Assembly (NCBI GenBank): GCA_964035545.1
Contig: OZ037768.1
Span: 5,302,741-5,366,740, forward strand
Reading direction: 5' to 3'
Source: Bugula neritina
Taxonomy: Eukaryota > Animalia > Bryozoa
Length of the DNA stretch: 64,000 bases
Positions 31,331 through 61,080 of this stretch are shown piece after piece; position 1 is the stretch's first letter; each line of letters begins with the position of its first letter. Under the pieces are notes generated by a model. It was not told the DNA's origin. It saw only the letters and a list, made by a program, of their open reading frames with translations, and ran no database searches. A program made the position numbers and the translations under genes.

Positions 31331-31659
31331 ATATTGCTAGTTTTATTGATTGAATTTAATGGCTATCACTATGACGATGACTAACATTATGGGTTACTAT
31401 TTCTAAAAATTTTGGGTATAAAAAGCCTTGAATGGCTCCAAACCAGTCATTACCGTAGTGCAAAACCTTTAATGTTGATTTATTTAATGTTTTAATATAT
31501 GTTATGTTAATAATAATTTAAATACAAAACTTGTCTATCCTTCATTCAATTTGTTTAAGTTTGGTTACTGATATTGTTGCTATACTTTGTGTTATTCATT
31601 TAACTTTTTGCAGGTTTTTAGTTGTATAATCAACACATTGGTGAAGCCAACAGATTTTA

Positions 31660-34622
31660 ATGGAAAAATCAGTTTCACAACCTTCCAGTGTAATGCCACA
31701 GCTTGATCCATTGAATTATGGCAGTTTTCAAGCCAGACTCAAGTCCTTTACTGTAAGCTTATTTTAAGTTTTGCTGTTTAAGTGAAACTTTTCAGTTGTG
31801 GCAAGGTGAACATGTCATTGTATACATTCAACTTGAATCAGATGTTTAAACAAAATATTAGTAGCTGCTTGGTTCGAAATTTCAACTCACATGTGTTGGA
31901 TAATTCTTATTAAGGTTTCATATTTCTAAGCTCTATGACGGTTTGCCTTTCAACTATTTAACCTAATGCAACATAGATATAATATGTTGTCAAACTATTT
32001 AACACCAGCAATTGTTACACATAAATTTTTGTATAATTATTTGAGTTATAGAAATAATTTTTTTATTCAAATTTCAATTGCATATTGTTTTTAAATGCAT
32101 CAATATTATGTTTGTGAACCTTTTGTTACAATTTTAAAATAGAAAACAGTTTTTATCAGCTCTTAAAAAAAGCAACGGCATTTTCTTAGCTTCTGTATCT
32201 TGACCATTACTAAATATTATTTAGCGAGTGAAAGTTTTTCTTAATATTGTAGGGTTTCACTATAAAGTATAAATGCATTACATAATTCAAATTTTGAATT
32301 TGCTTAGATTGCCAACTGGAGTTCTAAACCTGTTGAGTTGTCACCACTTGCATGTGCTTCTATTGGATGGAGATATGGTAAAGAAAACACTCTTTATTGT
32401 GAATTCTGCAAGGCATCGCTAGCCGTTGTGCTCCCAAAATCAAATGATGATTTCTGTAAGAAGATATCTCATTCTACATCATTGTTATTCAGTACATGAC
32501 AGAGTAATCAACTTTTTATGGTCTCATGTTAAGCAACCGGCAAATGCGCCTTTTATTTATATCCAAATAAAATGTTCTGTTTTTTGTAAAACTATCATTA
32601 TACGTGGAAGAAAAGGAAACATAAATGGATGGGCTTAATAAGGCAGTTTATATGTGATAAAATAATGTCACTATCGTTAGTTGTATTGCAGCTGCTGATA
32701 CCCTTGTGACATAATATACTCATAGATAAAAAAGTTACAGAACTATTAAAGAAAAAACTGACATCAGCACATAAAGTAGGATGTGTGTGGGAGCATGGGA
32801 TAGATTGCCCTGGTAAGACTCTAGTGTGTATCAATTGTGTTCTACATTCTCATATAATTGCCTGAATTTCTTTCAACTGACACATCTTGGCTAAATTAGC
32901 AAGTTGATATCGCTGGATTTATCTGTGTTTGAATATAAATTGGAGTTTTGCCATCTTTCCTGTGTGGCTGTCAATTATGGTTGACCTTAAAATTCTTGAT
33001 CTTCAAGTTTGAAGAATATTTCTTCAAGCCTTTACCATTGTGTAAATTGTGTTTACAAACTAGTTGGTGTCCTTGAAGTACTATTGAAGCCATCCATATG
33101 CTGTTTAGACATATTACTGGCTTTAATTGATGTTTCTATGCATGAATATTTAGAGTGCTAAGGTAACCATAAACTAGTGAGCCTTTATATTTCTTATTAT
33201 CTCTCCATTTATTTGGAAAAATTGCATATAAGATAAAGGTTGTGTGCTGAGCACTCTGTATATCATAGCGTGTACATCTATAACAACAAAGATAGGTTCA
33301 TGATGTTATATGTAGGTGTCTAATAAATTGACTCCCTCACATTATTTATATGTTGTATTAGATTATTTTCTGACTGGTGAAGCTCCTAATGAATTGACCT
33401 TGGAAGGTCGTCTTTCATCTCGCAGCATGGAAATAAGTCAGCATATAGCAACATTTGAACACATAGAGGTAGGAGCAGCTTGCTTCACCATAGCAATATA
33501 ATTCCACAATCAAAACTGTTAATTTTTGTAATATATATATTAAATATTGGAGAAAAAGATTTAAGAATTTCAATAATATGTCATTTAAATTGTGATTGTA
33601 TATAATTATTCAGGAGTTTGAGATGGTGGACAGTATCAAAGCGAATGCAAATCTAATCAGTTTATTTGCTAAAAGAAACAATGTTGAAGAAACTGCACTT
33701 AATATCGCTATGCATGGTTGGAATCTCAGGTAGCTTTAATATTTTCTCGTTATAGTATTTTGCAACATGAGACCGGCATATAAATAAACTATTTTTTTAT
33801 ATCAAGATTTATATTTATTTTTTTAATTTCTTTGCATCCGTCATACTTGAAAGAATTAACAAGATAATATTAATGTGACCATCAACGTTTGTTCAAATGT
33901 TTAGGAGTTATCTTATCTTCTATATCTAGCGCTATGCTATTATTAGTTTGGTTAATTTTTCTGGGAAAGACAACTCTTTTTACAAACCAGTCTATAAGTA
34001 TTGTTGAAGTTATATTTTTTGTATTGAAACTTTATCTGTGCTTTTGTAGATGTCTTGAAGGACAAGATAAAATTTTAGAATGCTCCATTTGTATGAGAAG
34101 GTTACCACTATGGTCTCGAGTGAGTCATATAATTTTCAAATAGTCATAGTTAAAATATATTGCAACTTGTAACAAGCGAAATAACTATAAAATGGTGGGA
34201 TGCTCACAGTAAAGGGTATACCTTTTAGGATGCTAAAATGAAATCTTTCAACTTAAAAAGACATTTGAGTTGGTGCCCATGGATTACTAAAATAAAACCA
34301 AATATCTCAACTCTGGTCGACAGAATGTTGCAACACATTGTCATGGAAACCAACAGAAAACGAAAACGCGACTCTCTGGTTAGTTTATTATAATAAAAAC
34401 TTTAGTTTAAAATTTGTAAATCATGTGGTTGTTGTGAAAAAACGTATGCAATATACAAATCAGCTGGGGGGTATTCACACATATAATGAAGTGTTGCATC
34501 ACATAAGTTGTTGAACAAGATATCTCTGATTCATGTCGTTGCAGGAGTATCGCTCATCAGAGAGTCGTAAAGAAGAGGTCAAGGAAATATCAAAATTTGT
34601 GAGGTCAGTCACGGCACTCTAG
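31660..34622 (+). CDS. ZC3HC1: ZC3HC1/NIPA-like nuclear basket zinc-finger protein, 282 aa, 8 coding exons
   Basis: Exons 31660-31752, 32308-32455, 32726-32812, 33362-33468, 33614-33729, 34050-34119, 34229-34378, 34545-34622 (849 nt, in frame). FQARLKSF..WSSKPVELSPLACASIGW..CEFC..HKVGCVW and GW..CSICMRRLPLW..HLSWCPW. Confidence 0.9.
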
Positions 34623-35493
34623 TCAACATGCACTGTTGCAGTTATTTGGTCAATTGACCAATAGACTAGTTTACTACTGCAAGACATTAAAATATTAATT
34701 TAGCGCTTCAGCACTGTATTAAGCAGAGGGGCCCACTTGGAATTTTAATTGTTAGCGTTTTGTAAAAATATTAACCTAACTAAATTTCTATCAATTTTAT
34801 GACAAACATTTAATTAAAGCCTTATTCTGTTCATAATGATGTTTGTATAAAATGCAGTAATTGTTAAAAAACATCGAGTCCTTTGGGTAACACTGAGTTA
34901 AAGTACAAGCATTATGTAAAATAGTGTTCCTTGTATATGTTTCATGTATATATTCTGTATTTAATATAAATTGTTCAAAAATAACTAGTAATAATATTTA
35001 CAATAAAATAATAAATAAACATAACACAATTATATAGTAAAAACTGAGACAAAGTAAACAGATACTGGCTTACTGCATTGGTCTATTTATTTTAACAAGT
35101 AATTAAAAATGAAGCACTAGGAACCAAACAGAGTCAAACAGTGGCAGTAGGTGGGTGTCACAACATGGGTGAGATTATCTGCATGTATAATATTATGTAT
35201 CTGCCAGTTTATAATGTGGAATGCAATTAACCAACAATACTCAAAACTTCAGGCATTCCAAAATATTTGTGAACTAATCTCAGGTACAAATGATATGTTT
35301 GATATACTATACGACTGATTATAAAGTTGTATCGGAGTAAATACTGTGCAGGCTGTAAAATATGAGACAAATATTTGGGGCTTTTGAGACAAGTTGAAAA
35401 GATTAATGAGATAAACCACTAAAGTAAAGGTAGCACCATTTGATCATATGGAGTTGCAACATTCTGACTGAACAACTGAGGACTGGACAGTCT

Positions 35494-50884
<15,391 letters not shown>

Positions 50885-51659
50885 AACTATCAGGGCAATC
50901 AGTTCTTTAACTAATATAAACTCCTTTCGTATTATGCTGCCATTAATTATGCTAACTGTAATGCATACTCCTATAGATGTCACACTTTGACTCAGTAAAG
51001 TTACTTATAATCTTTGGCTTCAAATGTAGGTTCAAATAAGTCCTTTTAGCCTCCAGAGTTGTCCTTGCTGTTGAAGTGACCGGATTTGACTTTCGCTGCC
51101 ACTAAAGGCTAATACTTTTCAATGAGCAATTCATACACCAACAACAAACTAGTAAAAGTGATAACAAATATCACTATGACTTCCACAATCAGCTCCCACT
51201 CTTTTTTTCAAAAAGACTTTGAGTAAGATCATCAAAGTCACTAATCACTAAAAATAAAAGAAAAACCATGTTAGTTGCTGTTTAATATTTATCATTAAAA
51301 ATACCCTACTATAAAAAAACAATATATTACTAAATAACATAATTAAATGCCAGAGCTCAATGGCTAAGCTGGACATGAAATAATTTTTGTTGCTTCAGCA
51401 TAAGTATTTGCAAAACGAAATAAGTAAAGCCAAGTGTTGGTGAATACTTATTACTTACTATTAGTTGAACTAAATGTTAGTGTTGTCATATATGCATATT
51501 ACAGAGCAATAAAACTGGACCAATCAAACTCAATATGAATCAGAGTTTTAAAAGCAAAGTGGCCACGTAAAGTTCAAGTTTTATGCTTTTATACAAAAAA
51601 AACTAGACACTAAGGCAATAGCTAAACATGAAGTGAAACCAAGAATAATACTTATATAA

Positions 51660-52285
51660 ATATTAGAGAGTAATGACTAATGATATTGACTATCACTATC
51701 AGTGACAGTATCAGTATTACTATTAGTATTAGCATTAGTAGTAGTTTTTCTTAACTCACTAGCACTACCTAAGTTTAGTCTGTAGGCTAATACTAATAGT
51801 AATAGTAATATTGAAACTAATTTTCAACTTGTTACTTTGAGTTTCCGAACATTTTGAATTTGCTGTTCAAAATTCATCAATAAAAACAAACTGCATATCC
51901 TAAGCTTGAAAGTTAAACTTGGAATCATAGTGATTGAACAACTCAAAGTCCATGTTACTTTGAGTGTTGGAAAAACAAGATGAAGAATTTGATCACTGAA
52001 AAATAAAGTTAAAGTAAATCATGATCACTAAATAAATACAATAAACCCTATGGCTACACTTATATTTACTGGCTACTACTAACCATAGGATTTATTGTAT
52101 TCATTGTATTTATTGCATTTATTAGTATTGCTATTACTATTACTATTAGTATTAGTATTACTATTACTATTAGTATTAAATTTACTATTCCTCACTCTCA
52201 GTAATACTAATACTAATAGTAAATGCAATAGTATGAGTAATACTAATAGTATTAGTATTACTCATACTTTTACTATTATCATTAC
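51660..52285. repeat. Degenerate AGT/ACT tract upstream of SMURF
   Basis: ctattactattactattagtattagtatta and taatactaatagtaatagtaat runs in two blocks. Confidence 0.8.
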
Positions 52286-54222
52286 TGTTAGTATTCCTTG
52301 AAAATGAAATAAAAAATAAAAATTATAAAACTACAAGTACAAGACAATATGAATAATTATAAAAAGTAAAACCCAGTTTGACTTTGAGTTTTACAATTAC
52401 AATAATCATGTTGATGTAGTTCCAATTCGGTAACATATGTGGATAAGCATTGTGATATTACTAGAAAAACCAACCTTAAAGCTAATGAAAATATTCTTTA
52501 AATTAAAATTATAACAAGGAGCAAAGTCAAAGTGAGTGCTAGAGTCTTGACTGAAAACTACTTATTAGTCCAACAATTGCTAGGTTGTGAATTACAGCCT
52601 GAGATTTGTGATAAACTGTTAATGGGTTAAACATATGCTAGAACTGTTAAACATCAACAAAATCCTACGGTACTGAGACTATAAAATCGGGCCCAACGGG
52701 CTAATTTTTAACGAAAAGTTTTCTATTACAATGATATTTACTACGAGTTGCGTTCTTTCTTTTGTAGTGTTATTATCACACGTTACTAGAGAGGACGACT
52801 CTAAAAATGTCCGCATTGCTTGGCGTGAGCAACATTTGCAGTACATAATCTGTTATAAAATATTGTCTTAAACTTGTGATTTGGAAATGAAACAAAGGGA
52901 TATAGTTGTCTAACATATGAACTTTTCCCGTTTTCATAATGAAATTCTTGTTGCCATAGCTTTCTATTCCTTTATAAACTGTGCTTTATATGATCGTAAA
53001 TTGCACTTGGCTATAATATATATAAATTTTTACTAGAGTGTGATTGATAGCAAGTTTTTGATTCAAATTGTTTTGCAAAGGTCAATTTACAAAAGAATTA
53101 CATTTTGAACTTTGGAAAATAATGAAATTTTGAGATCTTTTGGAGCCAGTTTTTTTAATGGTGTAACAATTCATACAGACCTAAAAATTTTTGAAAAATA
53201 CATAACTTCATGTCATATTACCATATTAACATATTATTTTGTTGGTGTTCACTGTTGCCATGGCATTAAAATAATGTTGTTAATACACTATCTATTAAAC
53301 ATATTGAAAAAAGGGTCACTTTTGAAATTTTCAGATTTATTTGTTTGGGACTTTCTTACTAAATAAATATTTTGGCTTTTAAATTATGGTTGACTAAGCT
53401 AGTAACTATTAAACAGAATTTTAAATGAATTTTTGGAAATTGTGAGAATTTATTATTAATATGCCTTGAATAATATTCTGATGGAAGACATCTTTGAAAA
53501 CTCAGTAGCCCTAATGCTTATAAACGCTTGGTTGTATAAAAACATGTTCTAAATTAAAATTGCATGGCCTGTTTGATTAAAGTTCAGTAGTTTAAAGGTT
53601 GTATTGTTATAATATTATTGTTATGTGTTGTTATTGATAAAAGCATAGCAGCTGAGAGATTATCGCTCATTAATGTAGAAAGATATTCAAAGCTAACAAG
53701 ACACCTACAATGGAATAAGTTTACTTACACTTTAAGTTGTAAAAAAACAATATTCAGAAAACTTGATAAAATAAAGCTAATTGTTTTTTATTGGAAGTAG
53801 TTGAGAACAGCAGAATGATTGTGCTAAGAGTTGAAAATAAATGTCTAAATAGGAATTAAAATATTTTTATAAAAATATTTTTTTAAGCAGCATCATTAAA
53901 TATTTTTGGTGATGGTTATAGAAATTATTGGATAGAGTTACATTTTAATACTTGCAAACAGAAGTAAAACTAAAGCTATATAACATTTTTGAGTTTTTAA
54001 TAAAAAAAATTAATGCTTAATGTTGATGTTTGTGTTTAAAACATTCAACCAATTTTTTGATTGCTGCAACCTTTTACACATATGGCATTTTTTATTTGTA
54101 TGCCTGATGGGCATAATATTCCACAATTGATCATATTTTACTCGCATTATCTATTAAACATGCATGCAAGTTTGATGTTTAAAAATATATTTGCATAATA
54201 TAAATCAGAAGAAAAATGATGA

Positions 54223-56094
54223 TCATAATCTTTGTCTGTTAGAAAATGGTAATAAGGATGGCCATTGCTTAAATAGAGTAAAAGAGCATGTCCATCCAAT
54301 AGTAGAAAATGCTAACATTGAAATACAGTTACTAATAGGCCATGCTTGCCACCACACCTCCCAGTCTAATGGAATAACAATAGATCCGATCCATGCACCA
54401 AAAATTGTCAATGAAACTATGCATTTAGCTAATCTTTCAAATTTCTGGTTTTTAGAAGTTGCGAAGAGATCTATAATATGCAGATACTTGGTTCCGCAAA
54501 ACCATAAAAGAGGTAGAGAGCAGAGAACTCCCAGTAACACGCTAAACATTAATGTTTCATTGACCAAGCTGAATATGGGAGCTCCGAATAGCAATGCAGC
54601 AATATAAGCACTAGCTGTATGAGTAATAATCATTTCGGCAGTTCTTTTACAATCCATACTAAAAAGACAAATATCACAATGTATAAAGAGGTGACAAAAT
54701 AATTCTTTTTTTTTTAAAAATGCTTATCTTTGTCAGTGCAGGACTAGATTATTTGTAACTTAAAGTAGTAAGTTAAAGTAGTTAAACAGTAAATTAGTGC
54801 CATAGTCCTTTGAATTTAGTTGCATACTTTGAATACAGTTGCTTGTTTAATTTGCTCTGAACAACATTCATATTATACATTATCAAATCTGAAACCTAAA
54901 CTTGAAAAAATGTTAAAGTTCTAAAGATCGGCTTGCCTGAAGTTATTAGACAAGTTTGCAACTTGGGTTATGTCTATGTGACTTATACCTCCAAATTTAC
55001 CCAACTTTTTGCAAATTGTACCAACTATCTATTTGGCAAATACTATATAAGCTATCTAAATCAGTTTCTTTTTGAAAAAGAAGTTGCATGAAAACCAAAT
55101 GGTCATTCAAATTGTTTCTCACATAAAAATAGTATTCAACTTAATTTAGTGAAAACTTGAACAGGATGTGAAACATACAGGAGTGTAATCCAAACATTTA
55201 TCATATTAAAATTATATAACTATACACTAGAAATATAAAAATCAGCATAGCTCTGCAACTTATGCAGGCTAATCATAAAATAAGAATTTAACTAGGATTT
55301 ATCGAAGAAAATGATTTAAAACATTACCAGCTAAGGCCTAAAACTTATTTACTTCTTCCTAAGAAGCATGCACCACAACCAAGAAACAGAACCATTCTGT
55401 TTCATAACTGTTTTTATACTTTAACATGCTATTACTTGAGTAGGAAAACTTTCAAAAACCCATTTAATTTGATTTTAAATAGAGTATAGTATAGACATTG
55501 ACATTCATTATCATAGCCTAAGGCTAAGTTTAATGTAATTACTAATAGTAATACAGCATTACTAATAGTAATAGTGATACTAATAGTAATAGTAACACTA
55601 ACAGTAATACTAATATTAATACTAATAGTGATACTGATTAGTAGGCTACTTGAAAATATCTCAAAACATTAGTATGGCTAACATAATCATTATTATAATT
55701 ATCATAAAATTAATCATAATGATAATGATGATCCAGATCATAAGGTAATTATTAACGATGATAATGATAATGAATAAATATGATGAATTTACTGATAAAA
55801 TTGAAATTAAATGTGGCGACACTAACCTACCCACTGAAAATAGAAAACAAAAAGGTAAATTTAATTGGCTAATCAATCATATGTATAAAATATTGATATA
55901 TCATTACTTATATTGATAGTTTTATTATAATTATTTACATTTAAATTAATATTTATATTTATATTAATACAATTACATGCACTGAAATAAAATAAACCAG
56001 CGGTAATCCCTACAATATAGCACTGTGCTAACAATTTAACGTGCGAATATTGTGGACACCTCGCAAATAACTGCAAACAGAACAATTTAGCCAT
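54223..56094 (-). CDS. PIGF: GPI-anchor biosynthesis protein PIG-F, about 205 aa
   Basis: Last exon 54658-54223 has LFGAP and GAWIGSIVIPLDWEVWWQAWPI (PIG-F signature). Upstream exons 56094-55998, 55833-55793, 55396-55353 are phase-consistent but less certain. Confidence 0.88.
55535..55780. repeat. AGT/ACT and ATA/ATG low-complexity tract in a 5' PIGF intron
   Basis: actaatagtaatagtgatactaatagtaatagtaac. Confidence 0.75.
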
Positions 56095-56319
56095 TTCCCG
56101 TTTCAAGTTTTGCTATGTCAACTTAAGTTCCGGTTATGCGAATGGCATGTTCATACAATTTAAATTGATACCGATATTATAATTTTATTTTTAATAATTA
56201 TTATCTTTCAAATTTACCTTCTGCATATTTTAATCATATGAGTCCGAATAAATAAATGTTTAAGTTTAATTTCCAGCTTGAATTTTTTTGTACTAATTTG
56301 ATATACAATAACTATGTGT

Positions 56320-56920
56320 TACACTAACACTAACTAATGATAGTGTCTAATGCTACTCGTTATACTCTTATACTATAGTTATAGTACTACTAGTACTAGT
56401 CTAAAGTACTACGTCTACTAGTACTACTAGTACAGGTACTACTACTAAGTACTAGGTCTAGTAGTAGTACTATTAGTAGTAGTAGTAGTACTAGTACTAC
56501 TACCACTACTACTACTACCACTTCTACCACTACTACTACTACTACTACCACTACTACTACTACTACTACTACTAGTACTACTACTACTACCACCACTACT
56601 ACTACTAGTAGTAGTAGTAGTAGTAGACTAGTACTACTATTAGTACTAGTACTAGTAGTAATAGTACTACTCCTAGTATTAGTAGTAGTACTAGTATTAC
56701 TAGTAGTACTATTACTACTAGTACTAGTACTAATAGTAGAACTAGTCTACTACTAGTAGTAGTACTACTACTAGAACCTGGAACGGTAAAAACAGTAACT
56801 GTAACTGTAAGACTAAGTGAGTGACTGTAAGTGTAAGTACTAGTAGTAAGTGTAACTACTAACTAGTAACTGCTACTAGTAAGACTAACTCTAAGTGTAA
56901 CAGTTTTTAGTTTACTAGTG
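56320..56920. promoter_or_regulatory. Putative bidirectional promoter region of PIGF/ERAL1 filled by a (TAC)n/(TAG)n tract
   Basis: Divergent ATGs at 56094 and 56992; the gap is dominated by alternating tactactac and tagtagtag blocks. Promoter role is inferred from position only. Confidence 0.6.
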
Positions 56921-56991
56921 CTATATTAACAGATTGTGTCAACATTTTGTAGAACATTGGCCAATATAATTCAAAAGAATTCCTTAGCAAG

Positions 56992-59900
56992 ATGCCTTGT
57001 TTCACTTTACAAGTTCTTAACAAATTGTTCAGCTGCAGGCAATGGACAAGGCTTAGCAATCAACTGAAAGCTTTGCAATATTCTACTAATGGTGAATATT
57101 TTTGTATAAAAAGTATCTTCAAGTTTCAATGATGACTGAAAGAAGATTATAATATTTTTAAAATATTTGCTCAATTAGTTTATCTAAAAATATTTTGTGA
57201 TAGCTTGTTTGAAGATTCACTTGTGTAATAGAAAGTTATAAATTGCCAATATCTTGGAGTTACAGTGAGAGGTGAAGGAAATTATTTCGAAGAGTGTGGT
57301 GAGAGCATTGTTAAGGTGGCTGTGATTGGTGATCCCAATGCTGGTAAATCGAGCTTGGTTAACAGCATTCTTGGCCGCAGGGTGAGTAGAATATTATGGT
57401 GATGCAGCACATGGAGCTTTGAAAATTTTACAGTAAGTTTGAAAGTTTAAAAAAGCTTCTGTATTACTAAAACACGATATTAGTTCAGGTTTTAGTATTT
57501 GATTGAACTTTTTGAAAACGTTAAAGCATTTCTTTTTAGTCATTATGAAGAGTTACAGATAAGTTGGTTTTAAATTTGATAGACAGTTTTTTTTAAAATA
57601 AAGCTATTGCATGTATAATTTTCAAATATTTGGTGTATTTTTGTTGTACTGTTTATATTATTTGTTTGTATAATGCAGGTAACATCTGTATCTAGAAAAG
57701 TTCATACTACTAGAAGGAAGACCCTAGCTGTACTCAATGTAGAAAGTACTCAGCTAGTAAGAGTTGTCTGCACTTATCATTCAATTGAATGCTTGATCGT
57801 ATTATAATTATGATGATGTAGCTAATATTTTGTTCTTAACATTTGTATCTTTACATGGCATGTTAGCACGTGCACACTAACATTTAGATTTTTTCCTACT
57901 GACTATATCAGTTGCATAGATAACATGAACAATTTACCTCTAAGAGTTCGTTTAGCTTAATTAATAAAGAATATGCGCATATCTTGGTCTAGATATTTGT
58001 GGATGCTCCTGGATTTGTTAGTAAAAGAAGTAGAGCTAAACATGATCTAGAAAGTTCACTGTTTTATGACCCCTACACCTCAGTGAAAGATGTTGACATT
58101 GGTAGGTAAAAGTCAGGCAGTTGGAAGAAAAATATTACTGCTTTTTAATGTTATTTAAGCTTATGAATAAATAATATATTATTTTTAATGACTTTTAGTG
58201 AAAAGAAACAATAATGAAATCCGTAATTCTCAAGTTACTGTTGTTATTGCCATTGCTTTGAGAACTGGCTTGTTCAACATTTTGCATATTTTATTAGTCA
58301 TCACAGTTCATGATGCCCACAATTATTATACAAAACATAAACTCTCTGCGGAAGTTTGTACAGCCCTTAGAACAGTTTCATCTCAAACAAAGTGTATTTT
58401 GGCTTTAAATAAGGTAAGTCATTTTTATATAGGACTGAAGTAGATTTTTTAAAGCTGCATATTTCTCGTAATAAAAGCTCAACAAAAGCAATCAGTGTGT
58501 ATGAAGTATTTTTTATGTTTATTAATTAGTATCATTGCTGTACGTTGTAGTGTAAGTTTGCTTTGGACTGGTTGTAGGTAGATCTGATTAAAAATAAGTT
58601 CGAACTTCTCAGTACCACAAAAACTTTGATAAATCCTAAAAACAGTTCAAGGAGAGATCGTAAAAATTATAGACAGCTTTTTGATGATTACAGTGATAGC
58701 CTGACTCAAAAGAAATCGGAACGCGGTGAGTTTAGTATTTCTAAGGACCTAAAATTTACCTTGAATGAAGCTTTCACAGTTTCATAGACAAAAAATGCAG
58801 ATTTCTTCCCGGATGTTCTCAATATGCTGTCATAAGAGGGAGCAACTAACAGTTATATAAATTTATATGCTCGCTCATATGTGTATATATGTTAAACTTT
58901 TTAAAATAGTGTAATATTTCTGATTGTTTAGCAGTTGACAAAGTGGAAATAAAAGAAATACCGACTCATTTACCTAAAGAGTTCGACCAAGTTTTTATGG
59001 TGTCTGCCTTAGATGGAACAGGAGTCAATGCACTGAAGGCTAGTGATTATTTTTTGCAACTGTTGATACTTTTATATATTATTGTTATTATTGTTTGTTC
59101 TCTTCTATTTTTAATGTTCAAGTTAAGCTATGTGTTGCTGCAGGCTTTCTTTTAAAACTTAGCTAATTATACATCATGAAACCCATATTAAGATATTTCA
59201 TTATTCAAACTAAAGACCTGTTGTAGTTATGGTGACAATAACATTATTTTGTGATGGTTAACATGTAACCTGCAATATTGACTTCAAGTTATATGGTTTG
59301 TGTTATATTTTTGTAACTTACAGGACTTCTAAATACATGATGTTTTTAAAAGCTTGCATAGTCAATCGGTAGTTTTTAAGCTGCGCATCATGTAACGCTG
59401 TATTATAACATCTATTACAATTTATTTAACTTATATTATTAAGTTTTAACAGTAGTTTGAGTACATGTTACTTGAATAGCAAATTTGATTTTAAAAAATG
59501 TGATTTACTATTTCCATTACTTATATAGATTATCCATTCGATTAGTTTGCACTACTAATCGAACTGATGGCCGAAAAATTTGTTTATTCCTCCGCTTTAT
59601 GTGTTTTCAAAGAAGAATTGCCTGCTGATTCACTGCTTTATTTTGATTACTTTTTCTCAGATATCAGAAGAATGTGTACTTTTTTCAGGAATATATAGTG
59701 AGCAATGCTAGGCCAGGCAGCTGGAAGTATGAACAGGGGTTTTATACTGACCAGTCTCTTGAAGAAATGATAGTGCTGTGTGTTAAAGAGAAGATGCTGA
59801 ACCTGCTCAGTGAAGAGATCCCTTATCTCATCATACCAGTAAGCGCTTTCTTCTGCTCTAATCTGTAGCTGTCTTGTCAATATTCAACAAGATAAAAAGC

Positions 59901-60901
59901 ACTTTCAACGTATAACTTTCTAGACCATGTGGACTCTGCATGTCCCTAGAAACTTTATTTCAGCATATTTCAATAAGAAGAGCTTTCAATACTGCATTTT
60001 AGATGAGTAATAAACTTATGATACCCATGGCTTATAGGTGTTTATGCCTGTTTGTAGAAAGTAGATTTAATTCATGAAGATGGATCGGGCTGTTTAAACA
60101 TTGTAGTGACTCTCCCTTGCTCATCAACACGGCTTGCTGTAAGTACTTTAATCTGTGAATTTAATTTGTTTTTAATGTGGCATGTTATAGTAAGTTCATT
60201 ATATTGTTTTACTATATTTTTATAATAATAAATTTGTTATACACTATTTTGTATCTTATTTATAAAACGTAAGTTTATTGTAATATTTTAAATCATATTT
60301 ATAATAAGTTTTTTATAATATTTTCTTATATACTTATGTTTATAATAAGTTCATCATCTTATCATTTATATGTTCATATTAATTTAATTATATGAATATA
60401 TTATAGTAATGGGTTTATAATAAGTGTATTATATTATTTTTTATATCTTAATCTGTTATGTTTAAAATTACATTGATTAAAACCTAGGGCCTGTAGGTTT
60501 ACTCTGTTCATGTAGATTTGCAGAAATAACAAGATAATTATTTTTTTTAAAAGTCAAAAATCAAAGTAATAGAAAAATTATTTTGACCAAATAGAACCAC
60601 TAGAACTGTTGTTAGGGAATATTTTGAATATCAGTTTTTTCAATTCAGTTTTCAGAGCAAGTTTGTGAACCCAATCAACCCAATTATTGTAAAGTTACTA
60701 GATGTAAACTTTTTCATACTATATGTTTAAAAAGTCATTAAAACTTGAACTCTCTTCTTTTAGTCACAGCTAATGGGACCCACAGGAAATACTATAAGAG
60801 CTGTAGCAGTCTCAGCTGAACAGTCTCTATCAGAAGCATTACTGAAGCCAGTCATCTTGAGACTTAATCTGAAAACACCTAAGAAATCTAATAAACCCTA
60901 A
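56992..60901 (+). CDS. ERAL1: Mitochondrial Era-like GTPase, 380 aa, 10 exons
   Basis: Exons 56992-57091, 57266-57381, 57679-57756, 57993-58101, 58298-58413, 58578-58725, 58932-59038, 59689-59838, 60058-60138, 60764-60901. G1 GDPNAGKS, VSRKVHTTR, G3 DAPG, G4 NKVD, G5 VSAL, EEIPY, KH GPTG; basic acid-free N-terminus. Intron 7 has a GC donor. Confidence 0.93.
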
Positions 60902-61032
60902 ACATGGCTTTCTTTTTTGTTACCTTAATATTTATTTTTTATATTGATGATATTTTATGCACATGTGAGCATAATGCAAAACCTTTCTAGGTTAAGGATG
61001 CTTATTTTAAGATGATTACTTTCATAATACTA

Positions 61033-61080
61033 GTACAAGGGTGTTGTAAGAACCAACTACAAGGGTGTTGTAAGAACCAA
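61033..61080. repeat. 25-bp-period tandem duplication (tacaagggtgttgtaagaaccaa x2) 3' of ERAL1
   Basis: Direct inspection. Confidence 0.85.

Noticed and set aside
54191-54607. 138-aa plus-strand ORF
   Set aside because: Antisense shadow of the PIGF last exon.
52095-56596. Poly-Leu, poly-Ile and poly-Val membrane-like ORFs (52095, distal part of 55661, 56396)
   Set aside because: Translations of low-complexity tracts; only 55833-55793 is used as a PIGF exon.
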